Positions 9,485 to 18,115 of a stretch of 32,751 bases of DNA are shown here, piece by piece. The translations under genes were made by a program, and so were the position numbers. Position 1 is the stretch's first letter. Each line of letters opens with the position of its first letter. The notes beneath the pieces were generated by a model. It saw only the letters and a list, made by a program, of their open reading frames with translations. It did not search any database and had not been told where the DNA came from. The DNA is taken from positions 1 to 32,751 of IMG/VR virus record IMGVR_UViG_3300045988_100063; one strand, 5' to 3'. The stretch is from a virus.

Positions 9485-10203
9485 AGTACAATGAATTGAT
9501 AATTGATGGAGTCGGAACTTCATCATTTCCATTTGATGTGATTGTGCTGGAAGGTCCTACAATTCAAGTAGGTCTCTCAAAGGACAAACTTTTGAGTCAT
9601 GATGGAGTTAGTGGATATATTGTTCAGTCGAATCCTCACAGAGAAGCGATTGAAAAGAAATACACTCTTCAACTCATCAACCCAACAGAATTGCAAGTCC
9701 TTGAATTCGTTCAATTCCTTTCCAAAAGGAATTTCTGGCTTGAGAATCAACAGAACAAGCTCACAAGATGGTTCTGTTATCAGACAAAGGTGTCTGACAC
9801 TCAGAGAGATAAAACTAAACTGTATTCTGTGGAAGTGACATTTGTTTGTCACCCCACAAAATACATGAAGAACAACGATGTTCAAACTCTTTCCTCAAAT
9901 GGTGTTCTCAGGCTCCAAGGTAGCTCACTAGCGTTCCCTAAAATCACAATAAGAGGAAATAGCTCATCTGAGACCAGCTTCACGATTGGGAAGCAAACCA
10001 TCAAGCTTGAGCAGCTATCTGATAGCGCTGTGATGGTGAATGATCCACAGAATCCAAGTTTCTTGGACAAGAAAGGAAATCTGGTGAAGTGGTCAGGAGA
10101 TTTCATCACAATTGACGCTAACCAAGGTCAAAAGACTGTTGGTGTGGTTTTAGGACCAGGTATTCAATCACTTGTCTTTGAAACTAATTGGGGGTGGTTA
10201 TAA
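9478..10203 (+). CDS. Distal tail protein (Dit)
   Basis: 241 aa, immediately after the tape measure (7-nt overlap) and before the Tal-like gene. Confidence 0.75.
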   Translation: MVKYNELIIDGVGTSSFPFDVIVLEGPTIQVGLSKDKLLSHDGVSGYIVQSNPHREAIEKKYTLQLINPTELQVLEFVQFLSKRNFWLENQQNKLTRWFCYQTKVSDTQRDKTKLYSVEVTFVCHPTKYMKNNDVQTLSSNGVLRLQGSSLAFPKITIRGNSSSETSFTIGKQTIKLEQLSDSAVMVNDPQNPSFLDKKGNLVKWSGDFITIDANQGQKTVGVVLGPGIQSLVFETNWGWL

Positions 10204-13200
10204 TTCTATATTTATTAGACAGAAATGTTCAAACAGTGAAATGGAATGGGCAACCACTCCATGAAGCAACAAAAGCAGAAGTTGAAGAAGTAATCAACGT
10301 GAGCTACACTCTCAAGGTTGATTATCCAATCACAGACACTGAAATTTATAAGAAGTTTCAGGAAGACATGCTCATCATTGCCCCCACCCCTGTCACTGGC
10401 CGGCAACTATTCCGAATTAAGGAAATCAGTGAGCAAGATGACACAGTAAGTCTGACTTGTCAGCACATCACAGAGGACATCTTCAAGCGCTCTGTTCGTC
10501 CTATCAAGGTTTCAAACTCAACCTGTCAAATAGCCTTGAATGCTATGATTTCAGCAGTTAAGACACCACTTGGGAAATTCTCTTTCACAAGTAACATCAT
10601 GGACAATAGAACTTTCAACACTACAGAAGATGAAACGCTCTATAAAATCCTGATGGATGGGAAACATTCCATCGTAGGCGCTTGGGAAGGCGAGATGATT
10701 CGGGACAACTTCCTGATTGATATTCCTAAAAGTCGGGGGATTGATCGTGGTGTAGTAATCACCACACATCAAAACCTGAAACAGTATGAACGAAACAAGA
10801 GCAGTTCTAGCATCATCACAAGACTGCATCTGAAATCAACCTTCAAACCAGAGGGAGCAGAAGAAGACACGGTTCTGAAAGTTACCGTGGACAGCCCCAT
10901 CATCGGAAATTACCCTTACATCAATGAAGCTGAGTATGAGAACAATGATCTTACTACAGAGGAAGAACTGAGAAAATGGGGTGAAGCCAAGTTCAAGAAT
11001 GGGAATATTGACAAGCCCACTGATCAGATCAAAATTGAAGCTTATGAGCTTGATGGGCAAACTGTCCATCTTGGTGACACAGCAGCCCTCATGAGCTTGA
11101 AGCATGATGTCATGTTGAAGAAAAAAGCTGTGGGCTATGTCTATGATGCTCTGTCAGAAGAGTATATCTCTCTTACATTCGATGACAAGGCTGGTCACGG
11201 TGGAGGCCTATCAGGCTCTAATGGAATTTCTGATGTAGCATCTGAAATCCTAGATACAGTCCAAAAGACTCAAGAGGATGATGAATACTACAAGAAATTG
11301 AAAGTATTGGTTGACAATGCCAACAGGGCTTTTGAAGACAAGGCAGGAGCTTTGGAGAAAGAGATCACCGATGGAATCGAGCAAGCCAAAGCACAAGCTG
11401 AAGTAGTAAAAGAGGAAATCTCAGCACAAGTCACTGAGAAGATCAAAGCAGCAAACCAAGCTAACAAAAATGAAATTGTGGAAGAGTTTAAGGCTCAATA
11501 TAATGGCATCGAAGTCAATATGGAAGGCTTGAAAGCTACTACTGATAAATTAAAGACCAGTGATGAAGATATCAAGAAAATAATCAATGACTTTAAAGAT
11601 CAAACACAAAGCCAATTTGTAGGAGTCCAAGGCGCACAATCACGATTTGAACAGACCACAGAAAAGGCCATTTCTGATCTAACTAATGTCACAAATGGCA
11701 AAGCAGATCGCTCTTATGTCGAACAGACAGTGGAGGGTGTCAAAGAAGAGTTCACAAATCTGAAAGTTGGATCAAGGAACTATGCTGAAGATTATGATTT
11801 CACTCGTGGTCTTTGGTTTTTTGCTCATGGCGATTCAAGTGATTCAACCGGTACAGCAGAGAATGGTATATATACCATTACAGGCAATACCAACACTTGG
11901 AAACAGGCACAGCTATTTTCTAGTACCGCACCAAGCTGGGCAACTTCAAAAACAACTGCTCTGGATTATCTAGAAAAAGGCGAAACTTACACAATTTCAT
12001 TCTACGCTAAAAGAAATAGCGGTTCAGGAACAATGTGGGCTTCATTGCGTGAGAATCGCAAATCTGGAGACAATCCAGAAAGAATCTGTGCTCAATTTCA
12101 ATTGACTGATGAATGGCAATTGTTCAAAGTTTCTGTTCCAGCTCTAGAAAAAAGCGATGAGTTTGATTTCTGGCGCATCATTATTGGCTATAGTGAAGCA
12201 GGTTCAATTTCATTCAAAAAGGTAGAGCTAACACAAAGCACTACCAGAACAGATGCAGGACCTGCTCCAGAAGATCAAGAGGCTATCATCCAAAATGCTT
12301 CTGCATCATTTGAACGTACCGCACAAGGACTTAAAACACAAATCACAGAACTTGAACAGTACACTGGAGAGAGTGGAATCCTTGAATCTAGGTTGAAGCG
12401 TTATACAGAAGAGCAGACAAGCAACACCCTGAAGACAATTCGTGAGAATCTATCTGAGAATTACATTTCTAAGAATAAGTACACAGAAGACTCTGAGGGC
12501 ATTACTAGAAGAATTGAAGCTCTAGGAAGTCAGATTGACCAAGAAAACCTTGTGAAATTAGCTGACAGCTTAACTGAATATAAAGCGCCCAATAATGGAA
12601 CAACCAGAATTGCATCAGTAGAGAACGGGATTTTCAAAATGAAAGTTTCCGGATCTCCTGCAAATTCTTATACATTTGCAGGTCCAACATTCCCACTGTA
12701 TATCAACAAAATGGCTCAAGGGGAATACTACTCATTAGGTTTTGAATATCAAGTGAGAAGTGATGTTGAGTGTGATAAAGGAATAGCAGTCACGCTGAAA
12801 CGACATTCAAACAATAAGCAAGTGTTTGGGAAGAGTTTTGCAGACAAAACGACTTCAAAGGACACATGGTTGAAAGCTGAGTTCACATTCATAGCAACTG
12901 ATTTTGAATTTGATTCATCAGGAAGTTTCCCATTCTACTTCTATGCAGTAAACAATGCACACTTTTGGATTCGTAAGCCAATTTTAGTCAAAGGGCCTAA
13001 AGTTCCTCCGTACAAGCCAAACAGCCTAGACACAATAAACTCACGAATTGAAAGCAAACTTGCTGAATACAAGCAGACTGTTGATGGCCAATTCTCAACA
13101 TTCTCAACTGAGTTTGGAAACAATCTGAGATATGCCACAGAAGGGCTAAACAATAAGCTTGCAACTCAGGAACAGGCACTTACGAATAAAATCACCAATC

Positions 13201-14456
13201 AAGCGCAAGAAACTGCTGCAAAACTTCAAGCTCAAGCAGATGAAACTAACCAGAAACTTTCCAGTCAAAACTCTGTACTCAATGACAAGCTAGATGATTT
13301 TAAAGACAGCATCAATGGGCGCTTTGCCAACTATCAGCAAACTGTCAATGGTCAAGTGGCAACAATCATCAGTCAGTTTGATGGAGTCCTCAAAAAAACA
13401 GACATCAACATCACAGATGGCCTAATCTCTTTTGGCACAGGTAAGAGCATCAATGGTCGGACAATCAGCTCATTGCTTGTACAAGAACCGGAAGCCATTG
13501 CTTTGATCGCTAAATTGATCAAAGTTAAAGGCGATATGGTAGTTGATGGATCTATTTTAGGCCGTCACATCGCAAGTGAGAGTGTGGAAACTGGACACAT
13601 GAAGGCTGGATCAGTAACAACTCCTATCCTTGCCAGCAATGCAGTCACAGCGGATAAGTTGTTGGTAGATTATGCAATGATCAATAAGCTTGTATCAAAT
13701 CAAGCATTCATCAGAGAGCTAGCTTCTCAGAGAGCATTCATCACTCAACTGATATCTGTTGGAATTTCTGCAAATGACATTCGTGGTGGAAGGCTTACAG
13801 CAAATTCTGGTGTGTCTATTTTTGATCTAGACAATGGAAGATTGTCATTCAACGATAATTTTACAGGGGTCTTCCGTGATCAAACAAATGCTTCAAGTCA
13901 GGGGCTTTTCTTCCGGAATGATGATGTGATAATAAACGGAAGGCGGTATGTAAACTCAAAAGCTATTATTGGTGCTGACCGTCGTGATAATGACATCAGA
14001 AATCACTGGAACCAAGGTGGATTCAATGGGATGATTGTTGATACCATCAAGGGAGTTGGTACAGGAGATCATGACAATGCAGATAAGGTCACTTTTGTAG
14101 GCGACAGATTCAATTTTACTCACTCTTATAATTATGACCAAGCCACGGGAAGCGATCCTTATGGTTGGAGAATAACAACTTGGGGAGGAACAACAATTGC
14201 TCCATATGGGACCAACGGAAGGAACACCAACATACAAGCTGGTGACTTCCTACTTATTAACAATGGAAACAACGGTGTGTGGCTCAGACAAGTTTTGAGA
14301 ACTCTCAGAACAGCTCTTCAGCACTTTGTCAACGCTGGCTTTGCAACAGATGACTTCACTCCACAGAATGGGAAGCCTATGAGAACAGCTCTTCACAGTT
14401 CTATCAGAAATGCAGTAGCTAATTCATTAAGAGATTTTGACAAATTCGGAATATAG
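10188..14456 (+). CDS. Tail-associated (Tal, prophage-tail type) / receptor-binding fusion protein
   Basis: 1422 aa. It has an N-terminal Tal-like domain (ILYLLDRN...), long coiled coils, two beta-sandwich CBM-like inserts, a streptococcal gp58-like segment (GRHIASESVETGHMKAGSVT...LLVDYAMINKL) and a globular C-terminal head. The start is uncertain (TTG 10188 or GTG 10194). Confidence 0.85.
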   Translation: MGVVIILYLLDRNVQTVKWNGQPLHEATKAEVEEVINVSYTLKVDYPITDTEIYKKFQEDMLIIAPTPVTGRQLFRIKEISEQDDTVSLTCQHITEDIFKRSVRPIKVSNSTCQIALNAMISAVKTPLGKFSFTSNIMDNRTFNTTEDETLYKILMDGKHSIVGAWEGEMIRDNFLIDIPKSRGIDRGVVITTHQNLKQYERNKSSSSIITRLHLKSTFKPEGAEEDTVLKVTVDSPIIGNYPYINEAEYENNDLTTEEELRKWGEAKFKNGNIDKPTDQIKIEAYELDGQTVHLGDTAALMSLKHDVMLKKKAVGYVYDALSEEYISLTFDDKAGHGGGLSGSNGISDVASEILDTVQKTQEDDEYYKKLKVLVDNANRAFEDKAGALEKEITDGIEQAKAQAEVVKEEISAQVTEKIKAANQANKNEIVEEFKAQYNGIEVNMEGLKATTDKLKTSDEDIKKIINDFKDQTQSQFVGVQGAQSRFEQTTEKAISDLTNVTNGKADRSYVEQTVEGVKEEFTNLKVGSRNYAEDYDFTRGLWFFAHGDSSDSTGTAENGIYTITGNTNTWKQAQLFSSTAPSWATSKTTALDYLEKGETYTISFYAKRNSGSGTMWASLRENRKSGDNPERICAQFQLTDEWQLFKVSVPALEKSDEFDFWRIIIGYSEAGSISFKKVELTQSTTRTDAGPAPEDQEAIIQNASASFERTAQGLKTQITELEQYTGESGILESRLKRYTEEQTSNTLKTIRENLSENYISKNKYTEDSEGITRRIEALGSQIDQENLVKLADSLTEYKAPNNGTTRIASVENGIFKMKVSGSPANSYTFAGPTFPLYINKMAQGEYYSLGFEYQVRSDVECDKGIAVTLKRHSNNKQVFGKSFADKTTSKDTWLKAEFTFIATDFEFDSSGSFPFYFYAVNNAHFWIRKPILVKGPKVPPYKPNSLDTINSRIESKLAEYKQTVDGQFSTFSTEFGNNLRYATEGLNNKLATQEQALTNKITNQAQETAAKLQAQADETNQKLSSQNSVLNDKLDDFKDSINGRFANYQQTVNGQVATIISQFDGVLKKTDINITDGLISFGTGKSINGRTISSLLVQEPEAIALIAKLIKVKGDMVVDGSILGRHIASESVETGHMKAGSVTTPILASNAVTADKLLVDYAMINKLVSNQAFIRELASQRAFITQLISVGISANDIRGGRLTANSGVSIFDLDNGRLSFNDNFTGVFRDQTNASSQGLFFRNDDVIINGRRYVNSKAIIGADRRDNDIRNHWNQGGFNGMIVDTIKGVGTGDHDNADKVTFVGDRFNFTHSYNYDQATGSDPYGWRITTWGGTTIAPYGTNGRNTNIQAGDFLLINNGNNGVWLRQVLRTLRTALQHFVNAGFATDDFTPQNGKPMRTALHSSIRNAVANSLRDFDKFGI

Positions 14457-14468
14457 AAAGGTAACAAA

Positions 14469-14690
14469 ATGAAAGAAAATACTTATGTATCAATCATCAC
14501 AGATCTAGCTAATCAATTAGCTAGCAAATCAATCAATGAAGCTGAGTTCAAGGCACGCTTAAATGAAGCGCAGCAGGAGAAAACACAGCTCATTCAAGAG
14601 CTGGAAACATATCGCTCTGTTCTGGAATCTGACAAAGATTTGAAGGACCTATTTGAAGAAGTTAAAAATAAGAATGAGGTAAATGCTTAA
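14469..14690 (+). CDS. Hypothetical coiled-coil protein (73 aa)
   Basis: ORF lies in the + operon between the tail fibre and the holins. Its TAATG overlaps the next gene. Confidence 0.6.
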   Translation: MKENTYVSIITDLANQLASKSINEAEFKARLNEAQQEKTQLIQELETYRSVLESDKDLKDLFEEVKNKNEVNA

Positions 14691-15361
14691 TGAATTATAA
14701 AGTACAGTTCAAATCCTATGACCCTGTAGCTAATGCCACAAAGGTTTCCATCAAACAAGATTATCCTTACCGTGTTTTTGAAGAATCTCTTCCAAATAAC
14801 CGCATGGGAGACGAAGAAACAAACCTTGTGGATGCTGTTCTAAATCTTGTACGGATGGAGCTAGACCCTTCTGGCGCTATCGTATCCCTCAAGAAAGAGC
14901 TTGATAAGTCTGTTGATGCCAATAAGGATGCTATTCAGAAAATTCAAGAACTCACTCAGGAAAACGAAAAGAAAGATGTCCTAATTCAAAATAACAAAGC
15001 ACTTGCTGACTGGTCTGTCCTTGTGGCTGTCACCAATCAAGACAACCCACTTGATCCAACACTCTACAAACGGGCGCTTGAACTTGTGGAAGCTGCTCAA
15101 GTAGGCAAAACCTACAAACAACATGACATCTTCACCCTCGTGGATCCTGATCACACTGAAAAATACAGTGAAGGAAAACGTGTGCTTGTACAAGTCAACT
15201 ATGATTTTGTCTATAATGGCGAATCCATCAAAGACTTGAAAGGACCACTTCTTCAAAATGGCAAACTTGCAATCTATAATTGGGAAGTACCAAAAGAAGT
15301 GAATAAAAACAAACCATCTGGAGATCTTGAAACTCAACCGGTAGCACAGCCTGAATCTTAA
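14690..15361 (+). CDS. Hypothetical protein (223 aa), tail-fibre/lysis junction
   Basis: Translationally coupled ORF. I recognise no motif in it. Confidence 0.6.
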   Translation: MNYKVQFKSYDPVANATKVSIKQDYPYRVFEESLPNNRMGDEETNLVDAVLNLVRMELDPSGAIVSLKKELDKSVDANKDAIQKIQELTQENEKKDVLIQNNKALADWSVLVAVTNQDNPLDPTLYKRALELVEAAQVGKTYKQHDIFTLVDPDHTEKYSEGKRVLVQVNYDFVYNGESIKDLKGPLLQNGKLAIYNWEVPKEVNKNKPSGDLETQPVAQPES

Positions 15362-15379
15362 TTGAGAGGAGTGTGATTG

Positions 15380-15832
15380 ATGTATAAAGAACCAGATGGA
15401 ATCTTTGGAATCATTGAAATAGTAAGGGAATTTTACGATCACGGAATTGATGAACACATGATTGTGTTCATGTTCATGGCCATTGTTGCTCTAGACATCG
15501 TTTTAGGAGTATCTAGAGCATGGGCCTACCATGAATTTTCAAGTAAAAAATGGCGAAAAGGGCTGGTCAGCCATACAGCTATGATTTTAATTGTAGCTAT
15601 TGGCTATCCATTCGCCCTATACATGAATCTTGGACCCGTAGTTGATGCCTTTATTGTCGCTATGATGGCAGCATACGGATCTAGCATTCTGGCCAGCCTA
15701 TCAGCTTTAGGAGTTGAAATACCTGGGCTTGATCATCTCATCAAGCAGAATATTGACCGTAATAAATTCTTGTTGAAAGAAGGCTTGGAAGAACCAAGTC
15801 AGTTGATTAAAAAAAGGAGAAAAGAAAAATGA
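15380..15832 (+). CDS. Holin (multi-TM, phi LC3 / 'toxin secretion-phage lysis' type)
   Basis: About 150 aa with 3-4 hydrophobic helices and a charged KKRRKEK tail. GAGGAG lies 8 nt upstream of ATG 15380. Position is just before the lysin. Confidence 0.75.
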   Translation: MYKEPDGIFGIIEIVREFYDHGIDEHMIVFMFMAIVALDIVLGVSRAWAYHEFSSKKWRKGLVSHTAMILIVAIGYPFALYMNLGPVVDAFIVAMMAAYGSSILASLSALGVEIPGLDHLIKQNIDRNKFLLKEGLEEPSQLIKKRRKEK

Positions 15833-16158
15833 ATCAAATCACTGATATTGTAACAAGTAGCGCAATGAGTATTCTTGTAATTTTGGTTGGAATTGTTGTC
15901 CAAGCAGTCAAGAAATATCTTTTGACTCGTGGAGGGAAGAAAGCCATTGAAGTTGCTGAAATTCTTGCAAAAAATGCTGTGAACGCTACTGAACAAGTAG
16001 CGGGAACATTGGACATTCATGGCAAAGACAAGATGGAGCATGCTAAGACTAGCTTGATTGAAGGACTAGAAGCATACAACATCAATTTGACAAATGACCA
16101 ATTGAACACATTCATTGAAGCTGCTGTAAAGCAAGCAAATGAACAATGGAAGAAATGA
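15829..16158 (+). CDS. Second holin-like protein (LL-H type: one N-terminal TM helix plus a soluble tail)
   Basis: 109 aa with an N-terminal TM helix (SSAMSILVILVGIVVQAV). ATGA overlap with the first holin. Confidence 0.65.
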   Translation: MNQITDIVTSSAMSILVILVGIVVQAVKKYLLTRGGKKAIEVAEILAKNAVNATEQVAGTLDIHGKDKMEHAKTSLIEGLEAYNINLTNDQLNTFIEAAVKQANEQWKK

Positions 16159-16168
16159 GGTTCTAAAA

Positions 16169-16915
16169 ATGGTAGCAACAAATGATATTTTAAATTATTC
16201 AGGATCTTTGGCTGATCAAGGTGTGGGAGCTGATGCAGATGGTGCATACGGGACTCAATGTGTAGACCTACCGAACTCAATTTCTATCAACTTTTTTGGA
16301 AAAGCTCTCTGGGGAAATGCCATTGATCTACTTAACTCAGCCGCTGGGTTAGGATATGAAGTAGTATATGATGCAGTAGGAGTCAATCCAAGAGCAGGAG
16401 CCATCTTTGTCATGGACACAACCTATCTATGCGGTCATCCCTACGGTCACACAGGAATTGTGATTGAAGATAGCGATGGGGTCACCATGAGAACTATTGA
16501 ACAGAACATTGATGGAAATGCTGATTCTCTTTATGTTGGAGGGCCAGCACGTTACAACACACGCAACTTTGATGGAATTATTGGATGGTTCTATTTCCCA
16601 ACTGATGGCACATCTGTGGCATTTGAACAGCCAGAACCATCAGAACCATTGACAATTGAATCAAATGGATTCAATCCAGAAACAGGAACATTCACTGTTG
16701 AAGTATCTGCTCTAAATGTACGAGCAGAAGCAGGACTTGGAGCTGAGATTGTAGCAGTATATAGTGCAGGTCAAGAAATCAATTATGATGGATGGATTGA
16801 TAATGATGGATATATTTGGATCTCCTATATTGGTGGTTCTGGAAATCGTAGATATGTAGCTGTGGGACAATCTGAAAACGGTCAACGCATCACAGACTTT
16901 GGATCTTTTAAATAG
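16169..16915 (+). CDS. Endolysin: N-terminal CHAP amidase/peptidase plus C-terminal SH3b-like cell-wall binding domain
   Basis: Catalytic Cys context 'GTQCVDL' and His context 'GHTGIV'. The C-terminus 'GWIDNDGYIWISYIGGSGNRRYVAVG' is SH3b-like. GAGG lies 8 nt before ATG 16169; an alternative start is at 16139. Confidence 0.9.
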   Translation: MVATNDILNYSGSLADQGVGADADGAYGTQCVDLPNSISINFFGKALWGNAIDLLNSAAGLGYEVVYDAVGVNPRAGAIFVMDTTYLCGHPYGHTGIVIEDSDGVTMRTIEQNIDGNADSLYVGGPARYNTRNFDGIIGWFYFPTDGTSVAFEQPEPSEPLTIESNGFNPETGTFTVEVSALNVRAEAGLGAEIVAVYSAGQEINYDGWIDNDGYIWISYIGGSGNRRYVAVGQSENGQRITDFGSFK

Positions 16916-16948
16916 ATTTATATAGCCTGTTAGAATATGAGGAATTTA

Positions 16949-17686
16949 ATGACCGGAAAAAATTCAACAAATCTGAAACAGACAAAAGGTGGTGAAGTCA
17001 TCAAGCAAGGTGACTTCTCATCTATTTTTGAATATGAACTGCTAGACTATGATGGCAACAAAGTAAGCTCTCTTGAAGGTAAAAACGCTAATATAAAAAT
17101 AGCAAATGCCAAAGGAAAGAAAACAATTGTAGCTGTTGTAGAAAATTCAAGAATTCAATTCAAAATTGAAAAAATTCTACCTCCCGGCATCTATCAAGTA
17201 GAGATTGAATGTGATGGGTTTATCTTCCCTAGTGACAAAAGTGCTAAAATTGATATAATTCAATCTATTGAAAATTATCAAATAAGCAATATTGTTGAAA
17301 TTGACAAGATCAACATACAGGAAGAAATAGCTGCATACATTGCCACACATCAAATTCAGTCATACAATGATAGTCAAATCATAAAGAGGATTGAATCACT
17401 AGAAAATAGATCGCAAATACAGCCAGAAGTGGTTGACTTAACAAACTATTTGACATCAGATAAATCATATCAAACATTTGTGACCTATAGCGCCCTTCAA
17501 TCTCAGATGACAACCAACATCAAGGAAAAGCATCTAGAACTTGGAATTGATGCCCTGATAGATGAGAAACTAAAAAATGGCGGTGATTCATTCATCACTG
17601 GCAATCAGGCGCAAAACATTTTTGTTTCAAAACAAGAGCTTGCAGCTATCGTTTCACGAGTTCAAGCGTTAGAAAATAAAGCATAG
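16949..17686 (+). CDS. Post-lysin accessory protein: Ig-like/BppU-N-like N-terminal domain plus C-terminal coiled coil (function unknown)
   Basis: 245 aa from ATG 16949 (GAGG 6 nt upstream; ORF-track start 16937). It is the last + strand gene before attP and is followed by a strong terminator. Confidence 0.7.
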   Translation: MTGKNSTNLKQTKGGEVIKQGDFSSIFEYELLDYDGNKVSSLEGKNANIKIANAKGKKTIVAVVENSRIQFKIEKILPPGIYQVEIECDGFIFPSDKSAKIDIIQSIENYQISNIVEIDKINIQEEIAAYIATHQIQSYNDSQIIKRIESLENRSQIQPEVVDLTNYLTSDKSYQTFVTYSALQSQMTTNIKEKHLELGIDALIDEKLKNGGDSFITGNQAQNIFVSKQELAAIVSRVQALENKA

Positions 17687-17691
17687 TTTTC

Positions 17692-17715
17692 ACCCTCCAA
17701 AATGGAGGGTTTTTT
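17692..17715 (+). terminator. Rho-independent terminator of the late operon
   Basis: Stem ACCCTCC (17692-17698) and GGAGGGT (17704-17710) with loop AAAAT, followed by a T-run. Confidence 0.85.
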
Positions 17716-18068
17716 CTGTTATAATGGAAAATTTCAGGAATGTCTGTTATAACCTCAAACATTTATCAAAAAATCTTTTCCTATTAAATGCTTCCTTTTG
17801 TATCTGAGATAAAAAATAAAACTTGAACTTTCTTGAAAGCTATGCTAAACTAACAATGTGAGCAATGAACTTGTGGAGTTTTAGAAGTCAGTACCTAAAA
17901 CAGACCCTAAAATCTAAAAACAGCGATACGATTGAGTTTTAGAAACTCCCACCGGCTCCATATATACTTTCTAAAACTTCTTAAAACTTCCCAAAACATT
18001 GATAATTCAATGTTTTTTATTTATATACTTTCTATTCTTTCCCATACCTTTTTGAAATGAACAGACCC
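17716..18068. other. attP region (non-coding, repeat-rich, downstream of int)
   Basis: About 350 bp without ORFs between the late terminator and the int terminator. It holds several short direct repeats and phased A-tracts (details in findings). Confidence 0.55.
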
Positions 18069-18097
18069 AAAAACAGACCCTTTTTGAAAAGAGTCTG
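18069..18097 (-). terminator. Rho-independent terminator of int
   Basis: On the - strand: CAGACTCTTT / loop TCAA / AAAGGGTCTG (10 bp with one G-U pair) followed by TTTTT. Lies 19 nt after the int stop. Confidence 0.75.
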
Positions 18098-18115
18098 TCC
18101 TGATAACTGATATTT

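Noticed and set aside
6587-9532. Many 60-112-aa ORFs on the - strand and in alternative + frames within the tape measure gene
   Set aside because: All are embedded in a 1030-aa ORF with clear tape-measure features. They lack RBSs and have low-complexity translations.
14981-15457. 158-aa - strand ORF spanning the end of 14690-15361 and the start of the holin
   Set aside because: It overlaps two translationally coupled + strand genes and crosses their RBS. It has no promoter or RBS context, and its composition is an artefact of A/T-rich antisense sequence.
16937-17686. A known streptococcal prophage virulence cargo (superantigen, DNase, paratox) at the post-lysin position
   Set aside because: The translated protein has no signal peptide. 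I recognise no superantigen, nuclease or paratox motif in it. I report it only as an unknown Ig-like/coiled-coil protein.
17931-17963. A possible tRNA gene or T-arm (tGAGT-TTTAGAA-ACTCC-CACCGGC-T-CCA) in the attP region
   Set aside because: Only a 3' fragment is present. The would-be T-loop TTTAGAA lacks the invariant C56 and A58, the stem has a mismatch, and there are no D or anticodon arms upstream. I treat it only as a possible attP core mimicking a host gene's 3' end.
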